A stretch of DNA of 59,184 nt. It comes from a virus. Its lineage: Duplodnaviria > Caudoviricetes. Position 1 is the first letter of the stretch. Every line of letters begins with the position of its first letter. Location: positions 1-59,184 of the IMG/VR virus record IMGVR_UViG_3300048762_000055; one strand, written 5' to 3'. Shown here piece by piece: positions 26,611 through 35,316 of this stretch. The position numbers were made by a program, and so were the translations under genes. The notes under the pieces are model-generated. The model worked only from the letters and a program-made list of their open reading frames with translations, did no database searches and was not told the origin of the DNA.

Positions 26611-27760
26611 TACCGCGCAAGCCCTCAATCCGGCAGATACTGCAGGTGAGGTCGACGACGGGTTCACCGCTGAAGAGCGTACTGCATTCGACCAGATGCG
26701 CGATGCGACGTCCGATCCCGCGCCTGCCCCAACTCCCGAACCTACTCCTGCGCCGGCTCCCGCCGCGGCCGATGCCGGTGGCGAGGATGACGACGACGAA
26801 GAGGACGCTGGTGCGGCGCCTGTGGCCGGTGCTGCTCCTGCTCAACCTGCCGCCGATGGCACTGTGGCCCCTGTGGTACCCAAGCGCCGGGTATCGGCCC
26901 GCAAATACGAACGTGCCGAAGAGGCTCGCAAGGTAGCCGAGCGTGAACGCGACGATATGCGCCAAAGTCAGGCGCGGCTTGATGAGCGTCTGCGCATTCT
27001 GAATGAGGCTTTGACGCCAGTGCCTGCGGCCACTGCCGAGGCCGAGGAGGATGCCGAGCCGGATGCCGATCAGGACATTTTCGCTTGGGTGAATTGGAAA
27101 AAGCGGGATGATGCCCGTTTCCGCGCGGAGATAGCCGAACGTCAGACTTCCCAGCAAACACGAATGGAAGAGCAGGACTTATCGACTGCATACATCGAAG
27201 ATGCCCGGTCGGTCGCGGCTGCCGATCCGAATTTCGTACCGGCCTATCAATTCCTGATGGCGAACCGGACGTTTGAGCTCGCGCAGTATTTCTTCCAGAA
27301 AGACCTAACCGAGAATGGTGTCGCCCTTACTGATGATGAGGTCGGTAAAATCAGGCAGACAATCGCTGGCGAGGAGCGCGAGCTCGTCTCGGGTGCCATC
27401 AAGAACAAGCGTTCGCCGGCCAAGGCGGTTTTGGCGCTGGCCAAAGCCCGCGGATTCCGGCCGACTGCTGCGGCTCCTGCTCCAAAGCCGAACGGTGTGG
27501 CTGCTCCTGCTACGGGTGCAGTTGCTGCTCCTGCGGCTGTCCCTGGTGCGTTGAATACGCCCGTTGCTGCCCCGCGTGTCGAGGATGAAATCGCCCGCAT
27601 CCGCGAGGGGTCTGAGGCTGCGCGGTCGCTATCGACTGGTGGTGGTGCGCCGCCGAATCCGCTGACGCCGGAGAAACTGGCGAATATGTCGGACGATGAA
27701 TTCGCCCATATGGTCGAGAGCATGTCACCGGATCAGGAGCGCCAATTATTCGGCGCATGA
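26603..27760 (+). CDS. Capsid scaffolding protein
   Basis: Acidic Ala/Pro-rich, coiled coil, C-terminal LANMSDDEF; between portal and capsid; GAGGAGG SD. Confidence 0.8.
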   Translation: MADTAQALNPADTAGEVDDGFTAEERTAFDQMRDATSDPAPAPTPEPTPAPAPAAADAGGEDDDDEEDAGAAPVAGAAPAQPAADGTVAPVVPKRRVSARKYERAEEARKVAERERDDMRQSQARLDERLRILNEALTPVPAATAEAEEDAEPDADQDIFAWVNWKKRDDARFRAEIAERQTSQQTRMEEQDLSTAYIEDARSVAAADPNFVPAYQFLMANRTFELAQYFFQKDLTENGVALTDDEVGKIRQTIAGEERELVSGAIKNKRSPAKAVLALAKARGFRPTAAAPAPKPNGVAAPATGAVAAPAAVPGALNTPVAAPRVEDEIARIREGSEAARSLSTGGGAPPNPLTPEKLANMSDDEFAHMVESMSPDQERQLFGA

Positions 27761-27786
27761 TATGGTAGGGCTTTACAAGATGCACT

Positions 27787-28145
27787 CCCGCTGCTAGGAG
27801 TTGTTTCCAAGTCAGCGGGGGTTGTGACCATAGCCCTCCCCGGGCCGGTCAAAAAACCTCCACTCCTCGGTCTAGTCCACCGGATTTAGGACAGGCGCCG
27901 TGTCCCGCGCTTCTCAAAGGGAAAACTCGCCGCGCTGGCGATAAACAGCGAACCCCGACTTCGACGCGAATTTTGGACGGCCGCTCGATACGAGCGCCTC
28001 AACGCAGGGTGCCTTTAAGTGCCGAAGCTTACGCAAGATCGCGCTTATGAACTTCTCCACTTTCAAGAGGCCGCTATCGCGGCCACGGCCGAACGACTGA
28101 GGGTATTCGGCAAGTTTGCCCCCTCCGTTGACCAGCAAGGGGTCT
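27787..28145 (+). ncRNA. Candidate structured RNA / capsid leader
   Basis: At least six compact hairpins in a 390-nt gap lacking a credible ORF. Confidence 0.4.
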
Positions 28146-28149
28146 AACG

Positions 28150-29259
28150 ATGTCTATCACCAGCTATGCGGTAAATGATGCCCTCGCGATTAAGCTCTGG
28201 TCGCGCAAGCTAGACCACGAAGCCCTGAAATACACGGATATCGGGCCGCTGATTGGCGACGATCCGGATTCGGTCATTCACCGCAAGACCGAGACGCAGA
28301 AGGGTCCTGGCGATCAGGTCACCTACGCGATCCGGATGCAGTTGTCCGGTGCCGGTTTCACCGAGAACCAACTGGCCGAGGGTAACGGCGAATCGCTGAC
28401 GGCCTACTCGGACAAAATTCTGATTAACGAGCTCGGCCACGTCGTCGGCGTGAAGTCCGAGTATACGATCGACCAGCAGCGGGTGCCGTTCAACCTGCGC
28501 GAAGAGGCCAAGGGCGGTCTTGCCGATTGGTACGCCAAACGCTTCTCCGTGGCGTTCTTCAATCAGGTTTGCGGCAATACGGTGCAGACCGATACCCGCT
28601 TTACCGGGCTCAATGCCACGATCGCGGCAACCCGCATCATCCGGCAGTCCGGCCGCGCCTCCGACGATCTTCTGGTAGCTGGCGACACCTTCACACTGAA
28701 CCTGATCGACAAGGCGAAGGAAGCCGCGATCACCGCAACCCCGAAAGTCCGTCCGGCGCGCTTTGCTGGCGGTTCGAGCGGCGGCAGCGGCATGGGGCGG
28801 CGGGATTACAACAAGACGCTGACCGACAAGTACGTGATGTATCTGCATCCGTACCAGATCACTGATTTGCGCACGAACACCTCGACCGGCCAATGGCTCG
28901 ACCTGACCAAGGCCGCGCAGATGGGCCGTGGCACCGACAGCCCGATCTATACCGGCGCCATCGGCGAATATAACAGCGTCATTCTGCGCTCATCGTTCGA
29001 CGTGGCGGCTGGCATTTCTGCAGGTGGTGTGGTGGTGGCGAACACCTACCGCGCCGTGCTGCTCGGCGGCCAAGCCTGCATGATCGCCTTCGGGCAGAAG
29101 AACTCGCAAACCAAATATCGGTGGAACGAGGAACTGTTCGACCACAAGCGCCGGCTTGAAGTGTCGGCGTGGACCATCCACGGCTTGAAAAAGACCGTGT
29201 ACAATTCACTCGACTATGGCTGCATCGCCGTCTCGACGTATGCTGCAGCTCACACCTAA
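28150..29259 (+). CDS. Major capsid protein (N4-gp56/DUF4043-like)
   Basis: KLWSRKL, KGPGDQVT, EGNGESL, FNLREEAK..LADW, YVMYLHPYQITDLR, RAVLLGGQA. Confidence 0.9.
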   Translation: MSITSYAVNDALAIKLWSRKLDHEALKYTDIGPLIGDDPDSVIHRKTETQKGPGDQVTYAIRMQLSGAGFTENQLAEGNGESLTAYSDKILINELGHVVGVKSEYTIDQQRVPFNLREEAKGGLADWYAKRFSVAFFNQVCGNTVQTDTRFTGLNATIAATRIIRQSGRASDDLLVAGDTFTLNLIDKAKEAAITATPKVRPARFAGGSSGGSGMGRRDYNKTLTDKYVMYLHPYQITDLRTNTSTGQWLDLTKAAQMGRGTDSPIYTGAIGEYNSVILRSSFDVAAGISAGGVVVANTYRAVLLGGQACMIAFGQKNSQTKYRWNEELFDHKRRLEVSAWTIHGLKKTVYNSLDYGCIAVSTYAAAHT

Positions 29260-29277
29260 ACGGAGGCTTGATTAGCC

Positions 29278-29712
29278 ATGGCCACTAATACCGCTGCTGT
29301 TGTGCCTCCGACGCGCCAAGACCCCAGGCAAGTCGTCAATACGCTGAAGCAGATCATCAACTTCAACGACGCAGGGGCCGCTACCGGCATTCTCTGGCAG
29401 AACTCTCTGCCCGCCGGTGCTGTCATCCTCGGCGTGGTGGTTGAAATCCTGACGGCCTTCAACGCGGGCACCACCAATCCGATCACCATTGGCACGGCCC
29501 TGACGGGCAGCCAGCTTGGGAACGGGGCGGGTGCTGGCACCGATCTTGATCCGACGGTTGTCGGCGCGACTTCGGTCAGCCGCGGGCTCGGCGGCAGCCT
29601 CGCTGCTGCTGCGGATACGCCGCTCTACTACAGCTATATCCCGACTGGGGCTGCGGCGACCACCGGGCAAGCGCGGGTCACCATCATGTACGAGGGCGGC
29701 TGGTCGAGCTAA
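29278..29712 (+). CDS. Capsid decoration/cement-like protein
   Basis: LPAGAVILG...AFNAGTTN.ITIG...ATTGQARVTIMY; directly after the capsid gene. Confidence 0.7.
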   Translation: MATNTAAVVPPTRQDPRQVVNTLKQIINFNDAGAATGILWQNSLPAGAVILGVVVEILTAFNAGTTNPITIGTALTGSQLGNGAGAGTDLDPTVVGATSVSRGLGGSLAAAADTPLYYSYIPTGAAATTGQARVTIMYEGGWSS

Positions 29713-29751
29713 TCGGCCATCTTCATCCGAATTCAACGAGAGAGACTGACC

Positions 29752-30159
29752 ATGTTCAAACGATCCCTCGGCATCCTCGGCGCGCTGGCCATCGGCGCGT
29801 TGCTCTTGGCGGCACCGGCGCTGGCGGTCGACACCTCGCTTGACGGCAATTTGCGCGGCAACTGCGGCACGGCCACCGGCACGTCGAACGCCTCGACGCT
29901 TGCGAACAAGTGCGGTCTGATTACCACAGAATCTGCCTCGACTGCTGCGGCCGGTTCGTTCACCGAAACCATTACCGACACCGTCGTTGCGGCAACCGAT
30001 GTCTGCCTCGCATCGGTGCAGACCGGCGGCACCGGCAGCCCGGTAGTCATGAAGGTGACGCCGGCGGCTGGTTCGTTGGTCATCCTGATCAGCAACGTGC
30101 ACGCCACCGCGGCGTTCAACAATACCCTCGGCATCAGCTTCTTCTGCATCAAGAAGTAA
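29752..30159 (+). CDS. Beta-rich head-region protein with signal peptide, paralogue 1
   Basis: MFKRSLGILGALAIGALLLAAPALA|V; CGLITTES...NVHATAAFN. Confidence 0.75.
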   Translation: MFKRSLGILGALAIGALLLAAPALAVDTSLDGNLRGNCGTATGTSNASTLANKCGLITTESASTAAAGSFTETITDTVVAATDVCLASVQTGGTGSPVVMKVTPAAGSLVILISNVHATAAFNNTLGISFFCIKK

Positions 30160-30188
30160 GCCGGATCTCGCTTCGGAGGTTCTGACCA

Positions 30189-30665
30189 ATGCTCAAGCGC
30201 GCCTTTATCGCTTTGCTTGCTGTCGGCTTCATGTCGGCGTCGGCTTGGGCTATTCAGCCGGGTACCAGCGGCACCAATAAGCAGAACCAGTCGCAGGGAT
30301 TTCGAGTTGGCGTTCTGGAATGCCTCAATAATGCGGCAACGGCATCCTCGGGCGCGGCGACGCTCAATGCTGTTGGCCTCCTGCCGACGGCCTGCGGCGT
30401 GGTCACTTCGGAATCACTGACGACTGCGGCGGCTGCGACCTACACGCTGACGCTGACCAACAATATGATCGCCGCTGGCGATATCGTGCTCGCTACTGTG
30501 CAACTTGGCTCATCCACCACCGGAATGCCGGCGATTGCGACCGTGACGACTGGAGCGGGATCAGTTGTGATTGTGGTGCAGAATATTCACGCATCGGCCT
30601 CCCTCAACGGCACGATCAAAATCAGCTATATCCTGGTCAAATTGAGCAAGACCGACAGCGACTGA
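30189..30665 (+). CDS. Beta-rich head-region protein with signal peptide, paralogue 2
   Basis: MLKRAFIALLAVGFMSASAWA|I; CGVVTSES...NIHASASLN. Confidence 0.75.
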   Translation: MLKRAFIALLAVGFMSASAWAIQPGTSGTNKQNQSQGFRVGVLECLNNAATASSGAATLNAVGLLPTACGVVTSESLTTAAAATYTLTLTNNMIAAGDIVLATVQLGSSTTGMPAIATVTTGAGSVVIVVQNIHASASLNGTIKISYILVKLSKTDSD

Positions 30666-30689
30666 CCATAGTCGCAGAAGTGCGCGACG

Positions 30690-31373
30690 ATGGCGGGCGA
30701 CCTACAAACGATGATAGCGCGGATTGGGAGTGAGATTGTTCGCCCCGATCTGATCGCCGTTCAAATCCCGAATGCCATCAATGACGCGATCTCGGTCTAT
30801 CAGAACGAGCGTTTTTCGTTTTCCGATGTGCCGCCGGATGGCACGCAAACCTTCCTGACGGTGGCGGGGCAGGCCTATTACACGGCCGACGATAATCCAA
30901 ATCTAGGCACCGCGAAGAAGATCGATCGGGTTAATATCAACATTGGCTCGTCGACCGTCATGCAGCTAAAGCGCGAGGATCCAGAAACGCTGATTCTCTA
31001 CAATCAGCAGGCCGGGACCATGGTCGGGCAGCCGTCTTGGTATGCCTATCAGAACGGCGAAATGATCATCTCGGCAATCCCGGATCAAGCCTATCTGATC
31101 ACGCTCGGTCTGTTCCTGAACGTCGCGGGGCCGGCGACCATGGCGGAGGCCAATAATCCTTGGATGACGACGGCCGAACGATTGATTCGGTGCCGAGCCA
31201 AGTTCGAGCTCGCTACCCATGTGACGCGCAATGCCACGATGGCGGCAGCAATGTTTCCTGATGCTCCCATTACGTTTCAACCGGCAGGCGCGACCTATCG
31301 CGAGTGGAAGCAGCTAAAGGGTGCGGCGAACAAGATTAGCGGCAGGGGCATAATCCGGCCCATGGCTTTCTGA
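30690..31373 (+). CDS. Head-tail adaptor (tail tubular A-like)
   Basis: Position; I..AINDAI, GQPSWY, PDQAY, NNPWMT.AE.LIR pattern. Confidence 0.7.
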   Translation: MAGDLQTMIARIGSEIVRPDLIAVQIPNAINDAISVYQNERFSFSDVPPDGTQTFLTVAGQAYYTADDNPNLGTAKKIDRVNINIGSSTVMQLKREDPETLILYNQQAGTMVGQPSWYAYQNGEMIISAIPDQAYLITLGLFLNVAGPATMAEANNPWMTTAERLIRCRAKFELATHVTRNATMAAAMFPDAPITFQPAGATYREWKQLKGAANKISGRGIIRPMAF

Positions 31374-31383
31374 AAGGCGCATA

Positions 31384-33123
31384 ATGGCAAAGCGCCCCAC
31401 CATCCCGATCCCCGATTTTTCGCCGGACCTTTCGGACTTGGGCACCGGCGTGTCTCAGAATATAATCGGTGTCGTGCCGCGGGGCGACGGATATGGGCCT
31501 TTCCAGTCGCTGGTGGATTTCACGCAAGGACTGCCGGCCGCCTGCCAGGGATATTTCTTCGCGCGCAATACTGACGGCTCGATCTCGGTGTTCGCGGGCA
31601 CATCGACTAAGCTCTACTTGCTCGACAATACGACTTTCGGCTGGATCGATGTGTCGAAGGGTGCCACCGTTTATTCGGCGCTCTCGAGCGGTGCAAACTG
31701 GCAGTTTGCGCAGTTTAACCAGACCATCATGGCCACGCAGGCAAACACTGTGCTGCAATCCTATGTGCTCGGATCATCGAGCGCGTTTGCCGATTTGGCC
31801 GGTTCTCCACCGCAGGCGGCAAATATCGCAATCGTGAATTTCTTTGTGGTGCTGACCGGGCTGTTGTCCAATCCTAACCGGATTCAATGGTCGGACTTGG
31901 ATGGGATCACGACATGGACGGCTGGCGTTGGCCAGTCGGATTACCAAGACCTTCCGGATGGCGGCAATTGCCATGGCATATCCGGCGGCGATGCGTTTGG
32001 TTTGATATTTCAGGACTCCTCGATCCGGAGCCTGATTTACGCTCCTGGGTCCGGCGTGGTGTTCGATATTGTGCGGGTGTCGACGCAGGATTCGCTCTTT
32101 GGTGCCTATTCGATCATCAACGCCGGTGCAAATACGTTCTATTGCTCGGCGCAGGGTTTCAGGATGATCCAGCCTGGCGGCGTTCCAATTCCGATCGGCA
32201 AGGAGCGGGTTGACCGCTGGTTTTTGGCCAATGTCGATCCGTCCGCGCTGGGGCTGCTCATCGGCGCTACCGATCCGGCAGCTACCCGCGTTTATTGGGC
32301 CTTCAAATCGCAAGCTGGGCAGGCCGGGCTGTTCGACACCATCCTGTGTTTTGATTGGTCGATCGGGCAGAACGGCAAATGGAGCGTGATTTCGCAAACC
32401 GGGCAGTATCTCGCGGCGCTGGCTCGGCCTGGTCTTACGCTCCACCAACTGGATGCGATTGCGCCGGGTGCGTTGACGGTTACGGGTGCGGCGGATAATG
32501 GCTCGGGGCTCATTCGGCTAACTCTGAATGAGGAATCAAATGCGTTTTTCACCATCGTCGGGCAGAATTTCATCGTGGTGCAGGGAGTGACCGGCACCGT
32601 CGAGGCAAATGGCCGATGGTCCTTTAACATCATCGATTCAACCCATATCGACCTACTGAAGGACGAGGACGGCAACAATTCGGCTTTTGCGAATGCTTAC
32701 GTGAATGGTGGTGCCATCGGCGGGTCGATGGATGCGCTACCATTCTCGCTCGATAGTGTTTCGACTGGTGCCACTGCTCGTTTATCGGCGGTATCGGCGG
32801 GTAGTGCAGTCGGGTTCTTCGATGGTGCCAACGTCGAAGCCATCATGGAAACCGATGAGCAGGATTCGGAAGGCGATCTAGTCTTTATCGACGCCGTACG
32901 GCCGATCACCGATGCGTCGACGGCAATGATTTCAATCGGCGGCCGGCTCAATGCGCAGGCTGCGGTTACCTATAGCGCAGAGTCGGCCATGTCGGGGAAT
33001 GGCGATTGTCCGCAACTGGTCGAGACACGGTATGCGCGCGCCAAGCTGCGGATTCCGGCGGCTTCGGTGTGGACATATGCAAGGGCAATTCAACCGAGTT
33101 CTGTCCCGGCGGGTGACGCATGA
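31384..33123 (+). CDS. Tail nozzle / P22 gp10-like stabilisation protein
   Basis: Beta-propeller-like, RIQWS, PIGKERVDRWF; internal GAADNGSGLIRLT...EANGRW insertion domain. Confidence 0.7.
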   Translation: MAKRPTIPIPDFSPDLSDLGTGVSQNIIGVVPRGDGYGPFQSLVDFTQGLPAACQGYFFARNTDGSISVFAGTSTKLYLLDNTTFGWIDVSKGATVYSALSSGANWQFAQFNQTIMATQANTVLQSYVLGSSSAFADLAGSPPQAANIAIVNFFVVLTGLLSNPNRIQWSDLDGITTWTAGVGQSDYQDLPDGGNCHGISGGDAFGLIFQDSSIRSLIYAPGSGVVFDIVRVSTQDSLFGAYSIINAGANTFYCSAQGFRMIQPGGVPIPIGKERVDRWFLANVDPSALGLLIGATDPAATRVYWAFKSQAGQAGLFDTILCFDWSIGQNGKWSVISQTGQYLAALARPGLTLHQLDAIAPGALTVTGAADNGSGLIRLTLNEESNAFFTIVGQNFIVVQGVTGTVEANGRWSFNIIDSTHIDLLKDEDGNNSAFANAYVNGGAIGGSMDALPFSLDSVSTGATARLSAVSAGSAVGFFDGANVEAIMETDEQDSEGDLVFIDAVRPITDASTAMISIGGRLNAQAAVTYSAESAMSGNGDCPQLVETRYARAKLRIPAASVWTYARAIQPSSVPAGDA

Positions 33124-33434
33124 GTGGCATAACCCTGGCAATTACTGAGACGCGCATTCCGCGCCTGGTGCAGGCTATTCAGCAGCTTTACCAGGGCCGC
33201 GTTAATTCTGGCGGAACTGTCACGCTGCGGGCTAGTCAGACGACTACCACCGTGAGCGCGCCGAATTGCAGTCCGTCTTGCTCGATCCACTTCGCACCGG
33301 TCACCGCGCACGCCGCGGCTTTGAGCCCTGCGCCATATGTGCTGGCGGCAAACACACTGCTGGGATCATTCGTCATAACTCATCCGAGCAACGCGGCCGT
33401 AGATTTGACCTTCAAATATGATGCGCGGGGATAA
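33120..33434 (+). CDS. Small tail-associated protein
   Basis: ATGA overlap; beta-rich. Confidence 0.6.
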   Translation: MSGITLAITETRIPRLVQAIQQLYQGRVNSGGTVTLRASQTTTTVSAPNCSPSCSIHFAPVTAHAAALSPAPYVLAANTLLGSFVITHPSNAAVDLTFKYDARG

Positions 33435-33435
33435 T

Positions 33436-33864
33436 ATGAACATCCACGCCCAGATGCCGCATTATTTGATTTGCGTTGACCCCGCGAGAGTTTGGCAGGT
33501 ATGGCCGATTGTGCGGGATATGATCGATGAAGGCTATGCGGCGACTGGCGAGATAACGCCAGCCGATTTGCCTGAATGGCTTGGCGCAGGCAAAGGGCAA
33601 TTATGGATATCGGTCGATAACGGTGAGATCGTCGCGGCATTGACGACTTCGCTTGTGCCGATGAGGAACGGTTTGGCGCTTCGCATGATCTGCTGTGGCG
33701 GCAGCCGGATAGAACTCTGGAAGGAATGCCACGCTCAAATTGAACAATTCGCACGGGCCGAAGGATGTGATAGAGTTATTAGCGAAGGTCGTCCGGGTTG
33801 GTCGCGTGCTTTGAAAATCGGCGGCTATAAAGTGACGCGCGTTACCCTCGAACGAAGGCTCTAG
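33436..33864 (+). CDS. Acetyltransferase-fold morphogenesis protein (precedes ejection proteins)
   Basis: QLW...CGG...IEQFARAEGC...EGRPGW pattern. Confidence 0.65.
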   Translation: MNIHAQMPHYLICVDPARVWQVWPIVRDMIDEGYAATGEITPADLPEWLGAGKGQLWISVDNGEIVAALTTSLVPMRNGLALRMICCGGSRIELWKECHAQIEQFARAEGCDRVISEGRPGWSRALKIGGYKVTRVTLERRL

Positions 33865-33866
33865 CG

Positions 33867-34958
33867 ATGCCAGTCGGTTCAAGCCAAACTACCCAGCAAT
33901 CTCAGAACAGCGTCTCGTCCCCTTGGTCGGTTGCGCAACCTCTGCTTACCAGCCTACTCGGTTCATATGGCGGCCAAAGCACCGCGGTAACCCCGGCGCA
34001 GACTGCGGCATCGAACCAGCTTGTCTCTGATACCAGCGCCATTCCTAATCAGGGCCCAGGATCGACGGCCGCGGTCAATAACGCGCTGAATTTTAATACG
34101 ACTCCGCAGCAAGGTATGCTCGGAGGTTCCCTCAATACCATGACGAGCAATCTTTCGCCGCTGACCAATCCGGCCAATCTCAATCCGATGAATACGCCGG
34201 GCTTTAGTCAGGCACTCGGCACGATGAATCAGGACATCACCAATCAGGTCGGCAATCAATATGCGGCCTCTGGACGTGATCCGGCAGGTGCTGGCTCTGA
34301 GCCTCAAACGCTCGCCCGTGGCCTGAGCCAAGGTGAAGGTCAATTGATCTCGAATCAGTACAACACCAACGCCTCCAATCTGCTGGGTGCAAACAATAGT
34401 GTGTTCGGTGCCGGCAATACGACTGCGACCGGGCAGGCCAATCTCGGTGCCACTGGGGCAGGCGTCAATCTGGCCGGTGTCACTGCTGCGCCGACCGCGG
34501 CGACCAATTATGCTGCTCCTGGGGCTACGGCACAGACCGCGGCAAATACCGCCTATCAGACACCATGGACTAATCTTTCGTCATTGCTCACGCCTGCGGC
34601 GACTATTGGATCGCTTGGCGGTCAAACATCGGGCAGCGGAACATCGACCACCACGGGATCGACGAGTTTGCTGTCCAATATCCTTGGTGGCGCGTCTGGT
34701 GGCATTGGGCTGCTGTCGCTGCTTTCGGATATTCGTGCCAAGGAAAATATAGAGCCGGTTGGCAAATTGAACGATGGCCAGGTAGTTCACCGTTTTAACT
34801 ACAAAGGCCAGCCTGAGACCCACATAGGGCTCTTGGCGCAGCACGTCGCCAAGAAGGTGCCAGGGGCGGTTGGTAAAATCCCAGGTGGATTCGGTTTGTT
34901 AGGGGTTGATTACAGGACGGCAACGAATAAGGCCGCATCAATGAAGGAAGCCGCATAA
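33867..34958 (+). CDS. Ejection (pilot) protein with C-terminal peptidase-S74-like chaperone domain
   Basis: Q/N/G/S/T-rich; SDIRAKENI...IGLLAQHV...VDY. Confidence 0.7.
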   Translation: MPVGSSQTTQQSQNSVSSPWSVAQPLLTSLLGSYGGQSTAVTPAQTAASNQLVSDTSAIPNQGPGSTAAVNNALNFNTTPQQGMLGGSLNTMTSNLSPLTNPANLNPMNTPGFSQALGTMNQDITNQVGNQYAASGRDPAGAGSEPQTLARGLSQGEGQLISNQYNTNASNLLGANNSVFGAGNTTATGQANLGATGAGVNLAGVTAAPTAATNYAAPGATAQTAANTAYQTPWTNLSSLLTPAATIGSLGGQTSGSGTSTTTGSTSLLSNILGGASGGIGLLSLLSDIRAKENIEPVGKLNDGQVVHRFNYKGQPETHIGLLAQHVAKKVPGAVGKIPGGFGLLGVDYRTATNKAASMKEAA

Positions 34959-35308
34959 TGGTCGCACCAACTCTACCGAATATGTCGATTCCGAATCTGC
35001 TCGCCAACTCGCCAAATCCGCAAGCGCAGGGAATGGCGATATTGCAGGCTGCATTGAAACAGCAGCAAGGGAATCAGGTTCCTGGGGGCGCTCCGGGTAA
35101 TCCGCAGCCGTTGTCTCTCGCTCCGCCATCGCAGGGCGGAATGGGGTTGCTGTCCAAGCTATTTGGCGGGGGCCAGCCTAATCCGGTCACTCCGCCAATT
35201 GGTGGAATCGACCCGAATACCGGAATGCCGCCGACTGGCGCCTCGGCGGCTATGCCGAACCTTGGCGGCGCGGGTCCGGCACCTACGGCTATGACCGGAC
35301 TCTGGTGA
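34958..35308 (+). CDS. Small Pro/Gly-rich internal virion protein
   Basis: TAATG overlap; composition. Confidence 0.6.
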   Translation: MVAPTLPNMSIPNLLANSPNPQAQGMAILQAALKQQQGNQVPGGAPGNPQPLSLAPPSQGGMGLLSKLFGGGQPNPVTPPIGGIDPNTGMPPTGASAAMPNLGGAGPAPTAMTGLW

Positions 35309-35316
35309 GGTAAAAC

